DNA from: an uncultured Lachnospiraceae bacterium
GTDB lineage: Bacteria; Bacillota; Clostridia; Lachnospirales; Lachnospiraceae
DNA: 64,000 nucleotides
Direction of reading: 5' to 3'
NCBI GenBank assembly: GCA_948794795.1
Contig: CAQGLR010000014.1
Span: 17,399-81,398, forward strand
This document shows positions 22,647-32,169 of this stretch, piece by piece. The stretch's first letter is position 1; each line of letters opens with the position of its first letter. Both the position numbers and the translations under genes were made by a program. A model generated the notes under the pieces. The model saw only the letters and a program-made list of their open reading frames with translations. It had not been told where the DNA came from and did not search any database.

Positions 22647-23678
22647 CTAAATTTCAAATTCCTCCCAGAAAGCCTGGCTTATATTGACATCACACTCTTT
22701 AAGCCACTCTGCATATTTCTCTTTAAACATAGTAGTCTGTCTTTCTTCTATTATAGCTTCTTTCCTTGCATAAGTTGCATCCTCATTATTATCATCAACA
22801 CAATAAATTATAAAATAACCCGTTGTCCCGTCACTGCTCACACTTTCTACAACTTTGCTAGTCTTGCCTTTTTTCAGCTTAAACGCTTCATTAGCTGCTG
22901 CCTGTCCAATTACACTGTCATTCCTGCCTATTGTAGCACTGGCATTTACCGCATCTGTATTTTCTTCTGCAAATGAAAGAAAATCATCTGATTTCTTAGC
23001 AGCTTTCAAAAGATTTTGTGCCCTCTTTGCAGCTTCCTTTTTAGTAGCAGCATCCATTGATATTTTAGTGCCATTCCTGTCTTTTCCCTTTGTTATTATT
23101 TCTATATACTGTATATCTATCTGCCTTGCCTCATCATCTGTAACAACAGTGTCTGCTTCATCTGTAGCTACATAAAACATCTTTTCTGCAAGTATATTAT
23201 CCTCATATATGGCTGCCATATTCTGGATGCTTAAACAATATGATTTCTTATCTTTAGGACTTGCATTATTTACTACTTCTTCTGCCTGGCGGACTGCTTC
23301 ATCTTTTTCATCCGATGTAAGTGTTACTTGCATTTCATCTGCAGTTTTTCTTATAATTTTAAGCTGTGTAATAAGATTAGCTATTTCCTGCCTTGCTTCA
23401 TCACCTATTGTAACATTATCTCCCAGGTTATAATCCCATATTCCCCCGCCAAAATTTGATTCATACTGGCATTTTAATAAATAACAGTAATTGCGTACTT
23501 CACTGTATTTAACACCAGCATTTCCAATTTTCATAACTATAGATGTGTCACTTATATCACCTGTTTCAAGTTTCACCCTTTTTGTTGTACCACTTCCTTT
23601 GCTGCATCCTGGAAGCATTATAAAGGATACTGCAAGAAGCATGCATAATACACAGCTTGTAAATTTATTTTTCTTCAT
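22647..23678 (-). CDS. PrsA-like peptidyl-prolyl isomerase lipoprotein
   Basis: Lipobox LPGC; SurA-like N-domain and parvulin-like region (AFKLKKGKTSKVVES...GYFII); directly downstream of mfd. Confidence 0.8.
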   Translation of the reverse strand: MKKNKFTSCVLCMLLAVSFIMLPGCSKGSGTTKRVKLETGDISDTSIVMKIGNAGVKYSEVRNYCYLLKCQYESNFGGGIWDYNLGDNVTIGDEARQEIANLITQLKIIRKTADEMQVTLTSDEKDEAVRQAEEVVNNASPKDKKSYCLSIQNMAAIYEDNILAEKMFYVATDEADTVVTDDEARQIDIQYIEIITKGKDRNGTKISMDAATKKEAAKRAQNLLKAAKKSDDFLSFAEENTDAVNASATIGRNDSVIGQAAANEAFKLKKGKTSKVVESVSSDGTTGYFIIYCVDDNNEDATYARKEAIIEERQTTMFKEKYAEWLKECDVNISQAFWEEFEI

Positions 23679-26600
23679 AGAGACCTCCTATGCTTTTTAT
23701 CACCCCTTCAACAATATGAAAAATATCATCTGCTGTAAGTAATTTCTTTTTCTTTAAACCACTTTTTGCCGATGATGCATAATGTCTGGTTACAGGCTTT
23801 ATGTCATCTTCTTTGCCTACAAGATAGTTAAAGTATGGCTCATCAGCCTGGACATACTTAACAAGCCCCTGGTACTCTCCTAACATTTTTTCAATTCCTG
23901 CCAGGTCCCATATTACACCATTATGCAGATAAAACCTTATTCCATCAGATTTCTGGACTATCTGTGATATATAAGCTTTGTGTGCATCTGCTTTTAAAAG
24001 TGCTATCCTTAACAAATTCTCTGTTGCCACAGGAATATCCCCGAACCTGTCTGTAAGTTCATCCTGCATATCGGAATATTCTTCTACTGTTTCAATACAT
24101 GCAATGCGTTTATACATATCAAGCTTCTGGAATTCACTTTTTATATAAGTATTAGATATAAATGCATTTACTGCCAGGTCAATGGATGTTTCAAATTCAC
24201 TTCCAGGTTTTTTATCTCCTTTAAGCATACATACAGCATCATTTAACATTTTACAATAAAGGTCATAACCTACTGCTTCCATATGCCCGGACTGTGCTGC
24301 CCCAAGCAGGTTGCCAGCCCCTCTTATCTCAAGGTCACGCATTGCAACCTTTATTCCTGAACCAAGGTCTGTAAATTCTTTAATTGCTGCAAGCCTTTTT
24401 TCTGCTATTTCTTTAAGCATCTTATCCCTTTTATACATAAGGAACGCATATGCTGTACGGTTTGAACGTCCAACCCTTCCCCTAAGCTGGTACAGCTGTG
24501 ACAGTCCCATCTGGTCTGCATTATCTATAATTATTGTATTTACATTAGAAATATCAAGACCTGTCTCTATAATTGTAGTTGAAACAAGCACATCTATCTC
24601 ACCATTTATAAATGAAAGCATTATTTTCTCAAGCTGGCGCTCACTCATCTGTCCATGTGCAAATGCCACTGCCGCATCTGGCACAAGTTTTGCAATTTCT
24701 GATGCTACTTCATCAATATGCTGCACCCTGTTATAAACATAGAATACCTGGCCTCCCCTTGACAATTCCCTGTTTATTGCTTCCCTTATTATTTCACTAT
24801 TATTTTCCATTACAAATGTCTGTATAGGAAGCCTGTCAACTGGCGGCTCTTCAAGCACACTCATATCCCTTATGCCCACAAGGCTCATATGGAGTGTCCT
24901 TGGAATAGGTGTTGCACTTAATGTAAGTACATCTACATCACCTTTCATCTGTTTTATCTTTTCTTTGTGTGTCACACCAAAACGCTGTTCTTCATCAACA
25001 ATAAGAAGTCCCAGGTTTTTAAAAGCTACATCTTTAGATAAAAGCCTGTGTGTCCCGACTACTATATCTGCCTGCCCTTTCTTTAGCATAGATATAGCTT
25101 TCTTCTGCTGTGCAGGCGTACGGAACCTGGAAAGCATCTCTACACTTACAGGAAAATCACCCAGACGCTCTTTTAATGTATTGTAATGTTGTTGTGCAAG
25201 TATTGTTGTTGGTACAAGGAAAGCAACCTGTTTTCCATCATTTACAGCCTTAAATGCTGCCCTTATTGCAATCTCTGTCTTGCCATACCCGACATCGCCA
25301 CATATAAGTCTGTCCATAACCTTACTGCTTTCCATATCTTTCTTTGTTGCGGTTATTGCGTCAAGCTGGTCCTGTGTTTCCTCAAATGGAAATAAGTCTT
25401 CAAACTCTTTCTGCCAAACTGTGTCTGGACTGAACTGGAACCCCTGCCTCTGCTGCCGCTCTGCATAGAGCATAACAAGCTCTTTAGCAATATCTTTAAC
25501 TGCGCCTTTAACTTTTGATTTTGTCTTTTTCCACTCTGTAGAATTTAATTTGTTCAGTTTTGGTGTCCTTGCTGCTTCCTGCCCTGCATATTTCTGCAGT
25601 ACATCAAGTCCCGAAACAGGCACATACAAGTTGCCACCATCCCCATATTCTATTTTCACAAAATCTTTTGTAATATTGTCTACACGTAGTTTTTCTATGC
25701 CCTTGTATATTCCAAGCCCATGGTTTTCATGTACTACATAATCACCAACATTTAACTCATTAAAGCTCTGGATTGATTTGCCATCATAATTTTTATGTTT
25801 CTTGCGTGTCTTCTTTCTGATGCCAAATATATCTCCTTCAGTAACTATTACAAATTTCTGTTGTGTATACATAAATCCCTTATGCATCTGCCCATAAGAT
25901 ACCATAACCTGGCCTGCCTTAAGTTCCTGGTCCATATTCTCCCTGTAAAATGCAGGTATATCATATTCATTAATATCTTTGCTTAGACGTTCTGCACGTA
26001 TCCTTGAACCAGACAACAGCAGTACACGGCAGCCTTCTGCACGCCATTTTTTTAAATCTTCAACCAGCAGCTCAAAATGTTTATTATATGAACCTACTGT
26101 CTGTACCATTACATTAAACTGTTCTTTTACTGTAATGCTTTTAGGAAGTATGCCAAGTGTTGTAATATATACACACCTTTTTCTGGCAACCAATGCATCT
26201 ATTGATGCTGCAGGGTACAATATATCTGTCTGTCCTGGCAGTATATCACCCTTCTCAAGCCTGCTCTCCATACTGTCCCTGAACTCTGTTTCAACAGTTT
26301 CCATCTTCTCAATGCAACGTGCTGGCTCATCTATAAAAAACACTGTATTTTCTTTGTTAAAATAATCAAAAAAAGACTCTGCCTGTATTCCAAAATATTT
26401 TATAAAACTTTCCATGCCAATACGTCCATGGTACATTTCAAGTGTTTCCCTGATTTCACCTATCCTGTCTTTAAGCCTGTTCATTGCGTTATGGTTCTTG
26501 TCATCCCTGAACCTGCCAATGGTCTTTATATAATCTTTCTCAATATTTTCCAGGCCTGTACGCAATTCTTCATCAGACAGCATTATTTCTGATGCTGGAA

Positions 26601-27273
26601 ATATCTCAATAGTACCTGTCCTCTCAATAGAACGCTGGCTTTCAACATCAAATGAACGTATTGTATCTGCTTCATCATCCCATAATTCAATACGGAAAGG
26701 ACATTCTTCCGTTACTGGGAAAATATCTATAATTCCTCCCCTTACAGAAAAATCACCAGGCGATTCTACCTGGTACTGGCGCTCATAGCCAATGGAAACA
26801 AGATGTTCTGTAAGTTTATCTATATCAACTATATCTTGTTCTTTTATTACACGTACAGCCTTTGCAAATGTATCAAGTGATGCTACCAGTTCCATTCCTG
26901 CATCCATTGTAGTAATAATTGTACCGCTTTCTTCTTTTATAAGTGCCTTAATTACTTTAAGCCTCTCAACACTTATTGCACTTCCATGGATATCCGCACT
27001 ATAAAAAATCACATCTTTTGACGGATAATAGAGTACATTTCTGTCAAATATGCGATAATCTTCTGCAATTTTCCTTGCCTGTATTTCATTCTGTGTTATA
27101 ATTACTTTCCACTGGATTCCTTGTGACAACCCGTATATAAAATGGCACTTTTGTGTATCCATACAGCCTGAAATATGTATTGGCAATTTATTATTGCCAA
27201 TACATTCCACAGCTTCCCTGAATGCATTAATTTCACCAAGGGGTGCAAGCAACGTTTCCATATTTTCCTCCAT
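23665..27273 (-). CDS. mfd: Transcription-repair coupling factor
   Basis: CarD-like domain, CGDVGYGKTE, DEEQRFGV, SATPIPRT, QLRGRVGR and TRCF C-domain. Confidence 0.97.
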   Translation of the reverse strand: MEENMETLLAPLGEINAFREAVECIGNNKLPIHISGCMDTQKCHFIYGLSQGIQWKVIITQNEIQARKIAEDYRIFDRNVLYYPSKDVIFYSADIHGSAISVERLKVIKALIKEESGTIITTMDAGMELVASLDTFAKAVRVIKEQDIVDIDKLTEHLVSIGYERQYQVESPGDFSVRGGIIDIFPVTEECPFRIELWDDEADTIRSFDVESQRSIERTGTIEIFPASEIMLSDEELRTGLENIEKDYIKTIGRFRDDKNHNAMNRLKDRIGEIRETLEMYHGRIGMESFIKYFGIQAESFFDYFNKENTVFFIDEPARCIEKMETVETEFRDSMESRLEKGDILPGQTDILYPAASIDALVARKRCVYITTLGILPKSITVKEQFNVMVQTVGSYNKHFELLVEDLKKWRAEGCRVLLLSGSRIRAERLSKDINEYDIPAFYRENMDQELKAGQVMVSYGQMHKGFMYTQQKFVIVTEGDIFGIRKKTRKKHKNYDGKSIQSFNELNVGDYVVHENHGLGIYKGIEKLRVDNITKDFVKIEYGDGGNLYVPVSGLDVLQKYAGQEAARTPKLNKLNSTEWKKTKSKVKGAVKDIAKELVMLYAERQQRQGFQFSPDTVWQKEFEDLFPFEETQDQLDAITATKKDMESSKVMDRLICGDVGYGKTEIAIRAAFKAVNDGKQVAFLVPTTILAQQHYNTLKERLGDFPVSVEMLSRFRTPAQQKKAISMLKKGQADIVVGTHRLLSKDVAFKNLGLLIVDEEQRFGVTHKEKIKQMKGDVDVLTLSATPIPRTLHMSLVGIRDMSVLEEPPVDRLPIQTFVMENNSEIIREAINRELSRGGQVFYVYNRVQHIDEVASEIAKLVPDAAVAFAHGQMSERQLEKIMLSFINGEIDVLVSTTIIETGLDISNVNTIIIDNADQMGLSQLYQLRGRVGRSNRTAYAFLMYKRDKMLKEIAEKRLAAIKEFTDLGSGIKVAMRDLEIRGAGNLLGAAQSGHMEAVGYDLYCKMLNDAVCMLKGDKKPGSEFETSIDLAVNAFISNTYIKSEFQKLDMYKRIACIETVEEYSDMQDELTDRFGDIPVATENLLRIALLKADAHKAYISQIVQKSDGIRFYLHNGVIWDLAGIEKMLGEYQGLVKYVQADEPYFNYLVGKEDDIKPVTRHYASSAKSGLKKKKLLTADDIFHIVEGVIKSIGGLYEEK

Positions 27274-27833
27274 TAATTAAATTTATTCATTGCAGTCCTT
27301 ATATCTTCAAGCATAATCACTTTACACGCTTCTACGGTATCCTGAAGTGCTTCACGTATTACAGGCTCATCTTCCCTGTTAAACCTGCTTAATACATAAT
27401 CTGCCAGGTCCCATCCCTCTGGCTTCTCCCCTACACCTATCCGTATACGGTAAAAAGACTGGCTTCCAATATGTGTAATTATATTCTTAATGCCATTATG
27501 CCCTCCTGCACTGCCTTTGGCACGTATGCGCAGTTTTCCTGGTGCCAGGTTAATATCATCATATATTATTATAAGTTCTTCCTCTGGATTGATTTTATAA
27601 TAATCTACAAGTTCCCTTATGCTTTCACCGCTAAGGTTCATATATGTGAGAGGCATTGCAAGCAAAACCTTCTGCCCCTCAATATATCCCTTTCCACACA
27701 AAGCTTTATGCTCCCTGGTATTAACTGGTATATTATATGCATCTGACAGTGCAGTAATAGCAGAAAAACCTATATTGTGCTTTGTACCATCATATTTTCT
27801 TTCTGGATTGCCAAGTCCTGCTATAATAAACAT
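27273..27833 (-). CDS. pth: Peptidyl-tRNA hydrolase
   Basis: GLGNP, HNIGF, YMNLSG, GSAGGHNG, RIRIGVG. Confidence 0.97.
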   Translation of the reverse strand: MFIIAGLGNPERKYDGTKHNIGFSAITALSDAYNIPVNTREHKALCGKGYIEGQKVLLAMPLTYMNLSGESIRELVDYYKINPEEELIIIYDDINLAPGKLRIRAKGSAGGHNGIKNIITHIGSQSFYRIRIGVGEKPEGWDLADYVLSRFNREDEPVIREALQDTVEACKVIMLEDIRTAMNKFN

Positions 27834-27846
27834 CTAAACCTCCGGT

Positions 27847-28989
27847 TTAATAACTCTTGTTTTCTAATTTATCTCCCATATGGATTGTGTTGCCTGTGTA
27901 CTGGGCAAGCAGGTCATTATCTACAACATGCCTGTTATCCATTGTCTTCATAATATCTTTAATCTGCATTTCTTTTGCTATTTTTGAATCACCAAGGTTG
28001 TGTATCCTGTTATCCTTGAATGACAGCACAAATGGCTCAAGGACATTAGTATTATTAGCTGTTATTACCAGTGCCCTGTCACCGTTTGTAAGTTCTACAC
28101 ATGTGCCTGGCTGCAGTATATTTATGCTTGAAAGAAGCGCATCCACTACATCTGGGTTATATTCTGTCTCATCCCCCATAAGATGTCTTATTGCAACTAT
28201 TTCAGAATGTGGCTCTTCTTCAAAGTTCATTGCTGTCATCATATCATATACATATGCAACTTTTAATATTTCTGCACCGACCGGCATTACTTCAGGCATC
28301 TCACCATCTTTTACTATATCTGGATGCAGCTGTTTTATTATATCTGTTACCATCTTAACAATATCAATATCTAAATCCTTGTTCTTAGTAAACATCTGCA
28401 TTGCTGCCAGATGGTATGTGTTTACTTTCTTAAGTTCCTCTTCTGAAAGGTCAGCTTTATTTTTATGTCTTAAATTTATAGGTATAATAAGAGTACCTAC
28501 ATCATGGAGCAATGCGGCAACTACTACATCAAGCTGTTTTTTAAATTCCATATTAAGTTTATATGCCATCATTGCACTAAGTATAGCTGTGTTTAAGGAA
28601 TGTTTATACACATAATCTTCCTTGCTTCTGATATTTTGTATAAAATTTATTTTCCTGTGGAGTGAGCCATAACTTTTTATTATTTTATTAGCAAACTGGT
28701 ACAGTTCTTTTGGCTCTTTCTTTTTGCTGACAGAATCCAGTATGTCTTTTATTGAAAATACAGACATAGCCTGGAACCTCTCAAATTCAATGTCATCTTC
28801 TGTCATTGGCGGCACAGGTTCAGCAGCTTCCAGAATATATATGCCAATCAGCCCGAAATTCTGTATACTTACTATACCATGGCTTGTGAGCCTTGTATTC
28901 CTCTCGTATAACATAACCCCGTTCTTATTGTATATAGGTTTTGCCAGCCTCATACCTGTTTTAAGCTCATCTGATTTTACAAATAACAT
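27847..28989 (-). CDS. HD-GYP-like phosphohydrolase domain protein, degenerate
   Basis: HSLNTA and LLHDVG present; HHE and GYP motifs not evident. Confidence 0.75.
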   Translation of the reverse strand: MLFVKSDELKTGMRLAKPIYNKNGVMLYERNTRLTSHGIVSIQNFGLIGIYILEAAEPVPPMTEDDIEFERFQAMSVFSIKDILDSVSKKKEPKELYQFANKIIKSYGSLHRKINFIQNIRSKEDYVYKHSLNTAILSAMMAYKLNMEFKKQLDVVVAALLHDVGTLIIPINLRHKNKADLSEEELKKVNTYHLAAMQMFTKNKDLDIDIVKMVTDIIKQLHPDIVKDGEMPEVMPVGAEILKVAYVYDMMTAMNFEEEPHSEIVAIRHLMGDETEYNPDVVDALLSSINILQPGTCVELTNGDRALVITANNTNVLEPFVLSFKDNRIHNLGDSKIAKEMQIKDIMKTMDNRHVVDNDLLAQYTGNTIHMGDKLENKSY

Positions 28990-29037
28990 ATTTTATCCTC
29001 ATTTCTTGTCACTATTATGTTATGACATAAACATTCA

Positions 29038-29997
29038 TTAGTTTTTATTATTACCCGAAAGATTACTTGTTACACGGTTATAAAGCTCCAGAGCTGCATT
29101 GTATCCCATCTTCTTCTGCCTGTGGTTTACTGCTGCTGACTCGCATATAACGGCAAGGTTCCTTCCAGGCCTGATTGGAATAGAATGGCATACTACTTTG
29201 TTACCAAGAAATTCTATAAACTGTTCCTCAAGCCCCAGCCTGTCATAATCCTGTTCTTTATTAAACTCCTCAAGTTTTATTACAAGGTCAATCTCCTGCT
29301 CATCTTTTACACTTTCTACACCAAAAAGTGACTTTGCATTTACAATCCCTATACCCCTGAGTTCAATAAAGTGCCTTGTAATTCCTGGTGATGAACCAAT
29401 AAGTGATTTGTCATTGATTCTTTTTATTTCAACCACATCATCTGATACAAGACGGTGCCCCCTATGTATAAGTTCAAGGGCTACTTCTGATTTTCCTATG
29501 CCGCTCTCACCCATTATAAGTATTCCTTCACCATATATATCGACAAGAACTCCATGTATTGAACACCTTGGCGCAAGTTCTGCATTAACCCAGCGTATTA
29601 TTTCTGCCATAAATGGCGATGTAGCCTTTTTAGTCCTTAATATAGGCACTTCATAACGGTTAGCAAGATTTATTATCTCTTCTTCAATCCATATCTCCCT
29701 GCAGTAAATAATGCATGGAGGTTTTGATGATTCTGCACTTCCTGCCATTATTTTCTCTATCATCTTAAGACTGTGTTCCATACCTTTCTGCTGCATATAC
29801 GTATGTTCTACATGTCCAATTATTTGTATCCTGTTAGAATCAAAGTAATCAAAATACCCAGCCAGCTGTAAAGCTGGACGGTTTACCTCATTTTGTGTAA
29901 TAAGTACCTTCTCTGTATCAATGTCTGGAGTACAATTTTCTAAATCCAGCTGTTCAATAAGTTCCTTTAATGGTACACTATATGTTCCGTTCTGCAT
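29038..29997 (-). CDS. hprK: HPr kinase/phosphorylase
   Basis: NRPALQLAG, GESGIGKSE, LVSDD, IELRGIGI, PIRPGRN. Confidence 0.96.
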   Translation of the reverse strand: MQNGTYSVPLKELIEQLDLENCTPDIDTEKVLITQNEVNRPALQLAGYFDYFDSNRIQIIGHVEHTYMQQKGMEHSLKMIEKIMAGSAESSKPPCIIYCREIWIEEEIINLANRYEVPILRTKKATSPFMAEIIRWVNAELAPRCSIHGVLVDIYGEGILIMGESGIGKSEVALELIHRGHRLVSDDVVEIKRINDKSLIGSSPGITRHFIELRGIGIVNAKSLFGVESVKDEQEIDLVIKLEEFNKEQDYDRLGLEEQFIEFLGNKVVCHSIPIRPGRNLAVICESAAVNHRQKKMGYNAALELYNRVTSNLSGNNKN

Positions 29998-30076
29998 ATT
30001 ACCCTCCTTTTATATATGCTGTTTTTAGTTACAAAAATTTACTGTAATACCCTGGCACACTGGCGTCCAGTTTTTA

Positions 30077-31939
30077 TTAATCTTCATGGAAAAACTTATA
30101 TACATTTACTGCTGCGTTCCCATTCATACCTTCTACTTGTGCAATTTCTTCTACCCCTGCATTCCTTATGGCTTCTATAGACTGGAAATGCTTCATAAGT
30201 GCTTTCCTTCTTTTTTCACCTATGCCGTTTATATCATCTAAGACTGACTTTACCTGTTCTTTGCTTCTCAGGGAACGGTGATACTCTATTGCAAACCTAT
30301 GGACTTCATCCTGTATCCTTGTCATAAGATGGAAGCCTTCACTGTCCACTTTAACTGGAAGCTCATGTCCCTCAAAAAAAAGCCCCCTGGTCCTGTGCTT
30401 GTCATCTTTAACCATCCCGCATACAGGAATATCAAGCCTAAGCTCTTCTAGTACCTTTTGTGCTATATGGACCTGCCCTTTGCCCCCGTCCATCATTATA
30501 AGCCCTGGAAAGCGTGTAAAACTTCCCACTTCTTTAATAAGACCTTTTTCCTGGAGTTCTTCTGTCTCTTCAATGCCATGCCTGAACCTTCTTGTAAGTA
30601 CCTCATACATGCTTGCGTAATCATCAGGGCCTTTAACTGTTTTTATCTTAAATTTACGGTAATCACTCCGCTTAGGCTTTCCATCTTCAAATACTACCAT
30701 AGAGCCTACAGACTGGAAACCATTTATATTGGATATATCATATGATTCTATACGTGGCACGTAAGGTATGCCAAGCCATGAACATATTTCACCCATAGCA
30801 CCAATGGTACGCTGTTCTTCCCTTTTAATCCTTTCCATATCCTGTGTAAGCACAAGTGCTGCATTTTTATGTGCAAGTTCTACAAGACGTTCTTTACTGC
30901 CTTTTTTAGGTATAATTATCTTTACCTTGCCGCCTCTCTTGCCAGCCAGCCATTGTTCAATAAGGCCACTGTCAGCTATATTATATTCTACCATGACTTC
31001 ACGGGGAATAAAAGGAGTTCCTGCATAAAATTGTTTAATAAAATCTTGTAATATATCTTCTTCCTTTTCACCATAAGTACCATTAAGGTGGAAATGGTCA
31101 CGTCCTATAAGTTTTCCTTCACGCACAAAAAACACTTGCACTACAGCTTCTTCCAAAGTTCTTGCAAGTGCTATAATATCCCTGTCCTGCCCATTGAAAT
31201 CTGTAACTTTCTGTTTTACAGACATCTTTTTTACACTTGATATCAGGTCCCTGTATCCTGCTGCTTCTTCAAAAGCAAGGCTTTCAGATGCCTGCATCAT
31301 TTTTTCTTTAAGATATTCTATAACCTCTGAATAATCTCCTCCAATAAGTTTAAGTGCTTTTTTATAATTTTCATTATATTCTTCTTTTGATATTTTTCCC
31401 TGGCACGGTGCATCACACTGTCCTATATGGTAATCCAGACATGGCCTTTCTTTCCCTATATCCCTTGGAAGAACTCTTCTGCAAGTCCTTATTTTATATA
31501 TTTTATGCACAAGTTCCAAAGTATCTTTAGCAGCGCCAGCGCTTGTAAATGGTCCAAAATACTTGCTTTTGTCACGTTTCTGCTCCCTTGAATATAACAG
31601 CCTTGGATAGTCTTCTTCTATAGTTGCCCTTATATATGGATAATTTTTATCATCCTTAAGCATTGTATTGTATTTTGGCCTGTGTTCTTTTATAAGGTTG
31701 CTTTCTAGTACAAGTGCCTCAACTTCTGAATCTGTTATTATATATTCAAAATGGTCTATCTGTGATATCATTCTTTCTATCTTTGGGGTTACATTACGGC
31801 CTGCCTGGAAATATTGCCGCACACGGTTCTTTAAGCTTATTGCCTTGCCTACATAAATAATTGCATCTGTTTTGTCATGCATAAGGTATACTCCTGGCTT
31901 TGCAGGCAGTTTTTTTAACTCCTCCTCTAAATCAAACAT
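30077..31939 (-). CDS. uvrC: Excinuclease ABC subunit C
   Basis: GIY-YIG (PGVYLM...YVGKA), UVR domain, [15 protein letters not shown], HhH; start set at ATG 31939 after GGAGG. Confidence 0.96.
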   Translation of the reverse strand: MFDLEEELKKLPAKPGVYLMHDKTDAIIYVGKAISLKNRVRQYFQAGRNVTPKIERMISQIDHFEYIITDSEVEALVLESNLIKEHRPKYNTMLKDDKNYPYIRATIEEDYPRLLYSREQKRDKSKYFGPFTSAGAAKDTLELVHKIYKIRTCRRVLPRDIGKERPCLDYHIGQCDAPCQGKISKEEYNENYKKALKLIGGDYSEVIEYLKEKMMQASESLAFEEAAGYRDLISSVKKMSVKQKVTDFNGQDRDIIALARTLEEAVVQVFFVREGKLIGRDHFHLNGTYGEKEEDILQDFIKQFYAGTPFIPREVMVEYNIADSGLIEQWLAGKRGGKVKIIIPKKGSKERLVELAHKNAALVLTQDMERIKREEQRTIGAMGEICSWLGIPYVPRIESYDISNINGFQSVGSMVVFEDGKPKRSDYRKFKIKTVKGPDDYASMYEVLTRRFRHGIEETEELQEKGLIKEVGSFTRFPGLIMMDGGKGQVHIAQKVLEELRLDIPVCGMVKDDKHRTRGLFFEGHELPVKVDSEGFHLMTRIQDEVHRFAIEYHRSLRSKEQVKSVLDDINGIGEKRRKALMKHFQSIEAIRNAGVEEIAQVEGMNGNAAVNVYKFFHED

Positions 31940-32000
31940 ATTTCCTCCAACCATTTAAAATTATAAATATTATACAAAAAAGAGTCCTCTATATCAAGTA

Positions 32001-32077
32001 TGTGTTTGAAAATTAAATAATCTATAAGGTATTGGCGCTGGCAATATACTCTTTGTACAATTTTTATTTTCATATAC
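32001..32077 (-). repeat. Internally deleted remnant of a copy-B-type element (H)
   Basis: TGTGTTTGAAAATTAAATA...GGCGCTGGCAATATACTCTTTGTACAATTT matches both arms of copy B joined without the core. Confidence 0.65.
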
Positions 32078-32120
32078 CTGTAAGCTTTCCAGTAATATAA
32101 AAATTAATTGTGTAAAATAC

Positions 32121-32151
32121 TGGCTGGTACATATAATTAATGCACCAGCCA
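32121..32151 (-). terminator. Probable terminator after ftsH-HAD
   Basis: TGGCTGGT...ACCAGCCA stem. Confidence 0.55.
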
Positions 32152-32169
32152 TAAACCTAAGTTAAAGTA

